NCBI GenBank assembly: GCA_021782435.1
Contig: JAJXVA010000001.1
Span: 1-43,969, forward strand
Length of the DNA: 43,969 nt
Source: Pseudomonadota bacterium
GTDB taxonomy: Bacteria; Pseudomonadota; Alphaproteobacteria; Acetobacterales; Acetobacteraceae
Direction: 5' to 3'
Under the pieces are notes generated by a model. That model did no database searches, was not told where the DNA came from, and saw nothing but the letters and a program-made list of their open reading frames with translations. The position numbers were made by a program, and so were the translations under genes. This document shows positions 19,325-26,937 of the stretch, piece after piece (within the stretch, counting starts at the first letter, position 1; every line of letters begins with the position of its first letter).

Positions 19325-20187
19325 GCCAGCCGCCGTTCGGCGCGCGTCAGCGCACGTGCGAACGCGCGAAGCGCGGGGCGCGCGGCCGCGGTCCCCGGCT
19401 CCGTCGCAAAGAATATCTGGTTGGACTGTGCGAAAAATTCATGGATCTCGCTGCCCAGTCCCGAAAACTGGCGGTGCCGTGCCAGAAATGCCTCGATATC
19501 CTGGGCCAGTATCCGCTGTCCGGCGGTGGCATCGAAGGCGCGGTGCAGCGCGAGCCGCGCGGCGTGGTCCGAAAGGCGCTGGCGCCGAATGGCCCGATAC
19601 GCGCCGGCAAATGCCCTGGAACCGCCCCGGTCGGCGCGCTGCGCGACCAACAGCAGCAGCGCCGAAAAACCGGTGATCAGCGCGCCCGCAACCGGCATGC
19701 GCCACGGTCTGCCGCTCGTCACCGCCAGCGGCGCGGGGTCGGGGCGCATCTGGTTCGGATCGAGCGTGGGGGTCAGGTCGTGCCGGAACGGCGAAACCTG
19801 CACCCCGAAACCCTGTATCGCCTCGGCCATCGTGCGGCCGTCGCGGCGCAGTGTCAGCGTGAAGCCCGGAATGGTGGCAAGGCCCGTTTCCTGTGGGGAA
19901 TAAAATATCTGGTAGCTCAGCCGCAGCGTCACCAGCGTGCCGCCCCGCATGGGCGTGGCGCGCCAGATGATCCGGCGCAGATCGGTCTCAGGGTCCACCG
20001 GGCCCGGCACCGGCAGGCTCGCCGGGTCGAGACCTGTGCCGGGCGGCAGCCAAAATTCCGTGCTGGCAGAAACCAGCGCCCCCGGAAAATACCCGAAGGC
20101 GCGGGCCGGCCTCAATGCGGGCGTCGCCGCCAGGGAAGGCGCGGCCATCAGCATCGCGGGCAGCGCCAGGGCCCAGGGCCGCATCAT
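19321..20187 (-). CDS. exported/membrane protein of unknown function, MxaA-like by position
   Basis: Signal peptide MMRPWALALPAMLMAAPSLAA, an extracytoplasmic domain of about 170 aa, one TM segment (VAGALITGFSALLLLVA) and a cytoplasmic helical tail of about 95 aa. Start at 20187 gives an ATGA overlap with the DUF58 stop. Confidence 0.5.
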   Translation of the reverse strand: MMRPWALALPAMLMAAPSLAATPALRPARAFGYFPGALVSASTEFWLPPGTGLDPASLPVPGPVDPETDLRRIIWRATPMRGGTLVTLRLSYQIFYSPQETGLATIPGFTLTLRRDGRTMAEAIQGFGVQVSPFRHDLTPTLDPNQMRPDPAPLAVTSGRPWRMPVAGALITGFSALLLLVAQRADRGGSRAFAGAYRAIRRQRLSDHAARLALHRAFDATAGQRILAQDIEAFLARHRQFSGLGSEIHEFFAQSNQIFFATEPGTAAARPALRAFARALTRAERRLA

Positions 20188-21086
20188 ACCGCCAGCAGGT
20201 GGTCGGACAGCGCCACCAGGTCCGGCGTGGCGCCGGTCGAGAACGCGTCGCGGCCGGCGCGGCCGAACACCGCGGCCAGCGCCTGATGGTGCCGGGCAAG
20301 CCCCGCCCGCCACGCGCGGTCGAGTGCCGGGCGCAGCAGAACCAGCCGCGCCGTGCCGCCCTCCGCGTCGCGCACGCGGGCCAGCCCCAGGCGTGCCCCC
20401 AGACGTGCCCCAAGGCGTGCCCCCTCGCGCCCCTCACGTGCCGGCCCATCGCCCAGCAGGTGAATCGGCGCCACATCGTGGCGGTGCAGCGCCGTCATCG
20501 CCGCCTCGACCAGCGGCACCGGCATCGCGAAGTCCGAAATCAGCAGCACGAGGCAGCGGGTGCGCGGCAAAGCCTCCGCGAGCTGGCCCAGCCCCAGGGC
20601 CTCGCCGGCGCTGTCGGGCGCCGCCAGCAGTGCCGCCAGCGCCGCGTTCACCGCGCCCCGCGCCCGGGTGGGCGCAAGCGAAACCTCCGCGCGCACGCCC
20701 TGGTCGAACCCGATCAACCCGAATTTATCGCCCGCCCGCAGCGCCGATCGGGCGGCGGCCTCGGCAATCGCGTGGGCGGCGCGCCGGCCCGCGCGCTCCC
20801 CGCCCGCCCGCTCCCCGCCCGCCGTCATCGAGGCCGTCAGATCGACCGCGACCACCAGCGACAGGGTGCTGGCCTGGTCGGTCTGGCGCACCATCGGCAT
20901 CTGCCCCGGGTCCATCAGGCTGCGCCGGATATCCAGTCGGCCGGCATCCGGGTTCTGCCAGAACGGCACCAAACCGCGGAAGGCGCCGCCAGACCCCTGG
21001 CGGTCGCTCGCGTGCTTGCCTGGGTTGGCGCCCCGCGCGTAGCCGCGCAAGCGGTAATCCAGCCAGGGTTGCGCCTCCCCGATCAT
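20184..21086 (-). CDS. DUF58 family protein (MxaS-like, degenerate vWA)
   Basis: Contains DIRRSLMDP and VVAVDLTASM, and sits immediately downstream of MoxR with an ATGA overlap. This is the canonical MoxR-DUF58 pair. Confidence 0.8.
   Translation of the reverse strand: MIGEAQPWLDYRLRGYARGANPGKHASDRQGSGGAFRGLVPFWQNPDAGRLDIRRSLMDPGQMPMVRQTDQASTLSLVVAVDLTASMTAGGERAGGERAGRRAAHAIAEAAARSALRAGDKFGLIGFDQGVRAEVSLAPTRARGAVNAALAALLAAPDSAGEALGLGQLAEALPRTRCLVLLISDFAMPVPLVEAAMTALHRHDVAPIHLLGDGPAREGREGARLGARLGARLGLARVRDAEGGTARLVLLRPALDRAWRAGLARHHQALAAVFGRAGRDAFSTGATPDLVALSDHLLAV
20389..20424 (-). repeat. in-frame 12-nt tandem repeat x3 inside the DUF58 gene (GARL x3)
   Basis: aggcgtgccccc / agacgtgcccca / aggcgtgccccc read directly. 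It translates on the minus strand to LGARLGARLGARLG. Confidence 0.85.
20794..20823 (-). repeat. in-frame perfect 15-nt tandem duplication inside the DUF58 gene (GGERA x2)
   Basis: cgctccccgcccgcc x2 read directly. It lies next to the predicted MIDAS-like DLTASM motif. Confidence 0.85.
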
Positions 21087-22123
21087 GGCGTGGCCACGGC
21101 CTCCAGCACGGCCCTCAGCAGGCGCGGTATCAGCGCGTCGGCGCGGTGTTCATAAACACTGTCGAGAAACACCCGGTGGCCCAGCACCTCGTGAAACACC
21201 GCCCGCACGTCTTCGGGCAGCACATGGTCACGCCCCGCGAGCCAGGCATGAACGCGGGCGGCGCGCGCCAGCGCGCTCATGCCGCGAGGGCTCGCCCCCC
21301 CTTGCACCAGCCGCGCCATGTCCACGCCCTCCAGCCTCACCCCGCCCCCCGCCGGGTCGCGCAGCGCCTGCCACAAGCTCACGAGATAGGTTTGCAGATG
21401 CGCACTGACGCGAACCTCCTCCTGTATGCGCCGGGCCAGCCCGGGCAACGCCCGGTAATCGAGCACACGCGGCGCGACCGTCTCCACCAGCGCATCCGCA
21501 TCATGGAAGCGGGTTTCGAACATCAGGCGGCGGGATATCTCTGGGTCGCGCGGCGCCTCGATCGGAACCTGCATAAAAAACCGGTCGCGCGCCGCCGCCG
21601 GCAACTCGAAGGTCTCGTCGCGCTCCAGGCGGTTGCGGTCGGCAAACACCAGCACGTGCGGCAGAGCCATGTCGCGGTTGAAGGCACCGACCACGCGTTC
21701 CGCCATCAGCCGCAACAACAGCGCGTGCACCTGCGGGCGGGCACGGTTGATTTCGTTGAAGAAAAAAATCGAAAGCGCCTCGCCATGGCGCAACACCGGC
21801 CCGGGGTCCAGGCGTGGCCGGCCTTCCTCCGTCAGGCTGGCATGATACACCAGGTCCGCCGGCATCAAATCGATCGTGCCCTCCACCCGCGCATAGGGGC
21901 CGCCAAGCGCGCGGGCCACCGCTCGCAGCAGCGTGGTCTTGCCAACCCCCACATCGCCTTCCAGCAAAGCGTGGCCCCGGGCGAGAATGGCGACGGTAAT
22001 CAGCCGAATGGCCCGCCCCTGGCCAAGCACGGCCCCCGCCACCTCGCGCTCGAAACTCAGCGCGCGCTCGCGCCAATCGGCCATTGTATCTTTTTCTATC
22101 GGCAGGGTCTCGGCTTCGGACAT
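21083..22123 (-). CDS. MoxR-family AAA+ ATPase (MxaR-like)
   Basis: Walker A LEGDVGVGKTTLLRA, Walker B FFNEINRARP, MoxR-type C-terminal lid; 346 aa. Confidence 0.92.
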   Translation of the reverse strand: MSEAETLPIEKDTMADWRERALSFEREVAGAVLGQGRAIRLITVAILARGHALLEGDVGVGKTTLLRAVARALGGPYARVEGTIDLMPADLVYHASLTEEGRPRLDPGPVLRHGEALSIFFFNEINRARPQVHALLLRLMAERVVGAFNRDMALPHVLVFADRNRLERDETFELPAAARDRFFMQVPIEAPRDPEISRRLMFETRFHDADALVETVAPRVLDYRALPGLARRIQEEVRVSAHLQTYLVSLWQALRDPAGGGVRLEGVDMARLVQGGASPRGMSALARAARVHAWLAGRDHVLPEDVRAVFHEVLGHRVFLDSVYEHRADALIPRLLRAVLEAVATP

Positions 22124-22272
22124 TTTCGTTCCCTCACGGCGATCATCCGGAACATCCGAAGGGTTTTCAAGTATCCGGGCCTGACGCCTCGGGGCTTAGG
22201 CCTGCTGGCGGGTGCGCCGTCGCGGGCGGGCACCGCCATCCCGCCGCGCCCCTGTGCTCAGGCCCCGCCGCC

Positions 22273-22872
22273 TCATCCAAACGCGTCAGCCACGGTCTGC
22301 AGTCGCTCATGGGTTTCCTCATCCACGACCCCATCCACCCGCGCCGGGCGAAAGCGGCGCTGGAAGGCACCCACACAGCCGGGCCGTTCGGTCGGGTAGC
22401 CAATCGCCCGCAACAGCGCCTCGGGCGCGGCGCGGGGCGGTGTGCGGCCAGCCGGAAACAGGCCGATGCCGGCGGCGGCCAGGCGGGGCCAGGGAAATTT
22501 CTCGCCCGGGTCCTGCTTGCGGTCGGGCGCGATATCGCTGTGGCCAACGATGCGCCTCGGGTCGATCGGCCAGCGCCCCAGGATCCCGGCGCAAAGCCCG
22601 ATCGTCGCGCGCATCTGCGCCGCGGCGAACCCGACATACCCGAATTCATGGCCGGGGTTGACGAGTTCGATACCGATCGAGCAGCCATTCAGCGCGGTTG
22701 CCCCGCGCCACCCCGAAACGCCGGCGTGCCAGGCCCGGGCGGCCTCCGGCACCAGGCACCAGACCGTGCCGTCCCTCGTTATCAGGTAATGGGCCGAAAC
22801 CTCGGCCATGGGGTCGCACAGGCGCTCGAGCGCCGCGCGGGCGGTGCGCATCCCGGTATAGTGCAGCACCAA
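22273..22872 (-). CDS. N-acetylmuramoyl-L-alanine amidase, AmpD/AmiD-like, with C-terminal peptidoglycan-binding domain
   Basis: Contains LVLHYTGM, SAHYLI, AWHAGVS, GIELVN and HSDIAPDRKQDPG. The TTG at 22872 is the first canonical start, but conserved N-terminal sequence continues upstream (see findings). Confidence 0.8.
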   Translation of the reverse strand: MVLHYTGMRTARAALERLCDPMAEVSAHYLITRDGTVWCLVPEAARAWHAGVSGWRGATALNGCSIGIELVNPGHEFGYVGFAAAQMRATIGLCAGILGRWPIDPRRIVGHSDIAPDRKQDPGEKFPWPRLAAAGIGLFPAGRTPPRAAPEALLRAIGYPTERPGCVGAFQRRFRPARVDGVVDEETHERLQTVADAFG

Positions 22873-22931
22873 AGTGTCGATCGCGGTGCCCGCGGGCCGG
22901 GCGTCGGTGTTCGGGCTCAGCCGGTAGCGGG

Positions 22932-23753
22932 TCAGGTCAGGCCTCGTTCGCGCTTGATCCGGTCCCAGGCGGCATTGATCCGGGCCATCCGGTCCGATGC
23001 GCGTGCCACCAGGTCCGGCGGAACGCCGCGGCTGGCCAGGCTGTCGGGGTGGTTTTCGCGCACCAGGCGCTTCCAGGCCAGGCGCAGGGTCTCATTGCTG
23101 GCGGTCGGCGCTTCCCCGAGCAGGGCATAGGGGTCGGCGCGATCCCCGCCTCCGGCGGTGTTGCCGGCCGCCCGGTCATAAGCCGCGTGCGATATGCCGA
23201 AGGCGGCATGCACGCGCACCAGAAACTCATGTTCGGCGCGGGTCAGCGCGCCATCGGCGCGGGCAATCGCAAACAGGGCGCCCAGCACGTCTTCCAACGT
23301 GTTGGGGGCGTCGGCGAACAGCCGGCCAAGCTCGCGGGCATAGGGTTCGTAAGGCTCGCGTCCGTCGCGCGCGGCATCGAAAACCTGGCCAATGGCGTGT
23401 TCCTGGCCACTCGATATGCGGAAATGGCGCTTGAAGGCGGCTATTTCGGCGCGCGTGACGACGCCATCGATCTTGGCCAGCCGGGCCGCCAGCACGGTCA
23501 CGCCGAGGGCGAACGCCTTGTCCTGCTGGCCCAGCATCGCCAGCAGCCGGATCTGACGCAGGCGCTGGTCGGGGTCTGTGAGCGCCGGGTGGTCGAACCC
23601 CGGCGGCGCGGCGCCAACCCGCCCGGTCGCGGATCCGCCGCCGCGCGTGAAGCCGCTACTATCCGCGACATGGCCCAGCGCGGCGCCAACGACCGCACCC
23701 AGCGGCCCACCGGCGGCCAGCCCCGCGATACCGCCGATCAGCTTGCCCAGCAT
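22932..23753 (-). CDS. djlA: DjlA-like co-chaperone (N-terminal Gly-zipper TM, TerB-like domain, C-terminal J-domain)
   Basis: Starts MLGKLIGGIAGLAAGGPLGAVVGAALG. The J-domain is DPYALLGEAPTASNETLRLAWKRLVRENHPD. Confidence 0.75.
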   Translation of the reverse strand: MLGKLIGGIAGLAAGGPLGAVVGAALGHVADSSGFTRGGGSATGRVGAAPPGFDHPALTDPDQRLRQIRLLAMLGQQDKAFALGVTVLAARLAKIDGVVTRAEIAAFKRHFRISSGQEHAIGQVFDAARDGREPYEPYARELGRLFADAPNTLEDVLGALFAIARADGALTRAEHEFLVRVHAAFGISHAAYDRAAGNTAGGGDRADPYALLGEAPTASNETLRLAWKRLVRENHPDSLASRGVPPDLVARASDRMARINAAWDRIKRERGLT

Positions 23754-23786
23754 CTCAGCCGGCCATCCGTCGGTGGCCGCGCCGGG

Positions 23787-23845
23787 GCGCGGCAGGGCTG
23801 GGCGCGGCAGGGTGGGGCGCGGCAGGGCGGGGCGGGGCGGGGCGG
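23787..23845. repeat. G-rich tandem repeats (15-mer x3, then GGGGC runs); G-quadruplex-capable
   Basis: gcgcggcagggctgg / gcgcggcagggtggg / gcgcggcagggcggg / gcggggcggggcgg read directly in the djlA/asmA divergent spacer. Confidence 0.8.
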
Positions 23846-24026
23846 TAAATCGGCGGGCTGCGCATGGTGCGGGCTGACATATAGCATCGACCCTGGGTAA
23901 AGCCTAAACACACGGCGGCATCGGCCGGCGACTTCTTGCCTTGGGAACGGGACACTGAGCGGACGGCATCATAGTTTATCAGCGGCCCGGCCGGATAGGG
24001 GCCGCCACGCCGGCGGCGCCTGGGGC

Positions 24027-26837
24027 ATGCGGGTATTCGCCTGGGTGCTGGCCGTGATCCTGGTCATGCTGGGCCTGGTCTGGATCGTCCCTCCGGCGCT
24101 GAACTGGAACGCGCATAAAGGGCTGATCGCGCGGTTCGCCTCGGCCGAGCTGGACCGCACGGTGCAAATCGACGGCAAAGTGGCCCTCAGCCTGCTGCCG
24201 CGCCCGGTGCTCAGCGCCCGCTCGGTGCGCATCAGCGGCCGCCAGGATGGCGTGCGGGTGGTGGCGCCGGCGCTGCGCATGGAACTGGCGCCCTGGCCGT
24301 TGCTGCTGGGCCGCATCGTGCCACGCAACCTGGTCCTGAGAAACGCGCGCATCGATCTGCCCTGGCCATTGCCGCCGGCGGTGCTGGCCCTGCACGAGGC
24401 GGCGGCGGCCGGCGTGCTCTCCGCCCGGCTCGAGAACGCGACGCTGCGTGTCGGGCGCCTGACCCTCACCCAGCTCGACGCCAACCTCACCGCCAATGCC
24501 GTGACGCCGGGCGAAATGTCCGTCACCGGCACGGCGCACCTGTTGGCGCAGCAGCTCGGCTTCGGCGTCCGGCTGGACCCGGCGGACGCAACCGGCAACG
24601 CCCCGCTCGATTTACGGCTCGCGGCGCTGCCGGTCACCGGAACCGCCAAACCCGTCGAGGATTTCGGGTTGCGCTGGCAAGGCGTCTGGCAGCCGGATGG
24701 CCGCCTCGCCGGGCGCGTGACGGCGCACGCGGCGGCGCTGGCGGCGACCGCGCTGAAACCGCTTCTGCCCGCAACCCTGGACGGCACATTGACCCTCGCC
24801 GGAGACCGCGCCACCGGGTCGCTGCAGGTCAATTCCGGTGGCGCCGGCGCCACCGTCGCGCTGGCCTCCGCGTCCGATGGCAGCCAGGCCGTCGCCATCA
24901 GCGCGCCCGTGCTGGACGCGCGGCCGGTGCTGCGCCTGTTGCGCCCGGCGCGGCCAGGGGCGGGTTGGCGGGTCCCGGCGCTGGGTCTCGATCTGGACCT
25001 CAGCCTCGATACCAGCTTGCTGCGCCTGCCGGGGGTGGCGTTGGCCACGGTGCGGGCGGCGGCCCAGGTCTCGGCCGCGGGCACGGCGGCGGTCAGCGCC
25101 TTTTCCGCGGTGCTGCCGGGTCAGGCGGCGCTCACCCTGGCCGGCACCGTGGCCCGCGACCCGATGCTGACCTTCGCCGGGCAGTTTCATCTCGACGCGC
25201 CGGATCTGCACCAAACCCTGGCCTGGCTGGCGGCCGACGGGGTGGGCATCGCCGCCCCGTTCCCGTCAGGTGCGCTGCGCGCGGCCACACTGTCCGGCTC
25301 GGTGCGCGTCACCAAGCTGGCGCTGCATCTCGATGGGCTGAACGGAACCGTGGATGGCGCGGCGGTCTCCGGCGCGATCGGGGTAGACCCCGCGAGCGGC
25401 GCGGTCGAGGCCACCCTCGCCCTGCCGCAACTGGCCGCCGATAACTGGCTGCCGCAATCCGGCCTGCCGGGCTGGCCTGAAATCAGCCAGGCGCTGTCCG
25501 GGCTCGATCTCGCGCTCAAGCTCAAGGCCGACCGGGTCACCCTGCGCGGCCGCACCCTCACCGGGGTCACCCTGGACGCGGCCACCGCCAAGGGCGGGCT
25601 CTCGGTCAATGCCTTCAGCGCCCTCCTGAACGGCATGACGCTCGGTGCCGCCGGCACCGTCGCGGCCGATGGCACCGTCAGCGGCGTCACGGCCGATCTG
25701 GGCATGGATCATGCGGCCGCGCTGGCGGCGGTGTTGCCGGGGCTGCCCGCGTTCACGCCGGCTTTCTGGCAAACGCCCCTGCATGTGCATATCGAAGCCA
25801 CCGGGCCACGCGCGGCGGTTCTGGCGGGGCTCGGGGTCGCATTCGGCGATGCGCGCCTCCAAGCCCACCCCACCCTCGATCTGGCCAAAGGAACCTGGTC
25901 CACGCAAATGACCCTGCGCCACCCGGGCGCGGCCCGGTTGCTGCAAGCCCTGGGCTGGACCCGCGCGCCTGACTGGCTGGGTGATGGGTCGCTTTCCGCC
26001 CTCGCCCAGCTTTCGGGGGCGGCGGGCACGATCGAGGTCCAGACCTACGATCTGACCGCCGCCTCCCTGCACGCGACCGGCGCCATGAACGTGGTCCTGC
26101 CGGCCAAGGCTGTGCCACAACTCAGCGGCACCGTCGCGGCGGACACGCTGCCCCTGCCGGGGTTCGCCGCGCGCGCCACCGCGCCATGGCCGCTGGGCTG
26201 GACCCGCGCCCTCACCGGTGCCCTGAGCGTGACCGCGCAGCAGGTCACGCTGGGCGGCGCCCCGTGGCTGCACGGGGTCACCGGCACTATCGCGTTGAGC
26301 CAAGGCACGCTCGGCATTTCGGTGGCCAAGGCGACGCTCGCCCGGGGCACACTCTCCGGTCAGGTCAGCCTCGACCCCACCACCACGCCGGCCAAGCTGA
26401 ACCTCACGGCCCGGCTCGACGGGGTGACCCTCGAGGGGCCGCTGTTCGGCACCCCGCTCGATCTCGCGCGGGGCCGGGTGACCGCGGGTCTCGACCTCAC
26501 GGCGCTCGGCAGCAGCCCCGCGACCTGGTTGGCCAGTCTCGCCGGAACGCTGGACGCAAGCCTCGCCGACGGCGCCTGGGGTGGGGTGGATCTGTCCGCG
26601 GCCCCGAGCGAAACCCTGGGCGCGGGCGCGACCCCGTTCAGCACCCTGACCGCCAGAACGACGCTCGCGAACGGGGTCATGACCTTGCAGGACGTCACCA
26701 TGACCACGCCGGCCGGGCCCGTACAGCTGACCGGCATGCTCGATTTTCCCGATTCGCGCCTCAGCGTGCTGGCCACCATGGCGGATGGCCACGCCGCGCG
26801 GCTGCTCGGACCGTTCGCGGCGCCGGCGCGGCACTGA
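24027..26837 (+). CDS. AsmA family protein
   Basis: N-terminal TM anchor MRVFAWVLAVILVMLGLVW, then the AsmA-like N-domain (ALNWNAHKGLIARFASAELDRTVQIDGKV), a long Ala/Leu/Gly/Thr-rich beta-rich body and an AsmA C-terminal-like end (LTGMLDFP). Confidence 0.85.
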   Translation: MRVFAWVLAVILVMLGLVWIVPPALNWNAHKGLIARFASAELDRTVQIDGKVALSLLPRPVLSARSVRISGRQDGVRVVAPALRMELAPWPLLLGRIVPRNLVLRNARIDLPWPLPPAVLALHEAAAAGVLSARLENATLRVGRLTLTQLDANLTANAVTPGEMSVTGTAHLLAQQLGFGVRLDPADATGNAPLDLRLAALPVTGTAKPVEDFGLRWQGVWQPDGRLAGRVTAHAAALAATALKPLLPATLDGTLTLAGDRATGSLQVNSGGAGATVALASASDGSQAVAISAPVLDARPVLRLLRPARPGAGWRVPALGLDLDLSLDTSLLRLPGVALATVRAAAQVSAAGTAAVSAFSAVLPGQAALTLAGTVARDPMLTFAGQFHLDAPDLHQTLAWLAADGVGIAAPFPSGALRAATLSGSVRVTKLALHLDGLNGTVDGAAVSGAIGVDPASGAVEATLALPQLAADNWLPQSGLPGWPEISQALSGLDLALKLKADRVTLRGRTLTGVTLDAATAKGGLSVNAFSALLNGMTLGAAGTVAADGTVSGVTADLGMDHAAALAAVLPGLPAFTPAFWQTPLHVHIEATGPRAAVLAGLGVAFGDARLQAHPTLDLAKGTWSTQMTLRHPGAARLLQALGWTRAPDWLGDGSLSALAQLSGAAGTIEVQTYDLTAASLHATGAMNVVLPAKAVPQLSGTVAADTLPLPGFAARATAPWPLGWTRALTGALSVTAQQVTLGGAPWLHGVTGTIALSQGTLGISVAKATLARGTLSGQVSLDPTTTPAKLNLTARLDGVTLEGPLFGTPLDLARGRVTAGLDLTALGSSPATWLASLAGTLDASLADGAWGGVDLSAAPSETLGAGATPFSTLTARTTLANGVMTLQDVTMTTPAGPVQLTGMLDFPDSRLSVLATMADGHAARLLGPFAAPARH

Positions 26838-26877
26838 ACGCCATAGCCGGCGAAATCACCGCGCTCCTGCCGGGGTC

Positions 26878-26904
26878 GCGCGACCTTGCGTCAGAAGGTC
26901 GCGC
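26878..26904. terminator. GC-rich hairpin between convergent asmA and M20 peptidase genes
   Basis: Perfect 10-bp stem GCGCGACCTT / AAGGTCGCGC with the 7-nt loop gcgtcag. No U-tract on either side. Confidence 0.4.
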
Positions 26905-26937
26905 CCCTCCCCCGCCCGCTCGCGGCTCAGCCAAGGC

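Noticed and set aside
16912-22123. Calling the operon a methanol-oxidation (mxa) locus outright
   Set aside because: No mxaF/xoxF, cytochrome cL, mxaJ or pqq genes are present in the window. Only the accessory-gene architecture matches, so the mxa names are used as analogies, not as functional calls.
19937-22399. 820-aa plus-strand ORF spanning the MoxR/DUF58 region
   Set aside because: It lies antisense to two genes with clear motifs (MoxR Walker A/B, DUF58). Its translation is a low-complexity Arg/Pro/Ala/Gly run, typical of shadow ORFs in high-G+C DNA.
23787-23845. CRISPR-like array
   Set aside because: The repeats are 15 nt, directly abutting with no spacers, and G-rich simple sequence. 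No cas genes are in the window.
23755-23955. 66-aa upstream ORF ending 1 nt before the djlA ATG and spanning the G-rich repeats (PAAPHPAAPSPAAP)
   Set aside because: Its Pro/Ala-rich translation is simply the reading of the C-rich repeat strand. It has no RBS or conserved-looking sequence. Termination-reinitiation cannot be excluded without ribosome profiling.
23969-26834. 371-aa and 522-aa minus-strand ORFs opposite asmA
   Set aside because: They are antisense to the AsmA-family gene, which has a proper TM anchor and AsmA N- and C-terminal signatures. The minus-strand translations are Arg/Gly/Pro-rich low complexity.
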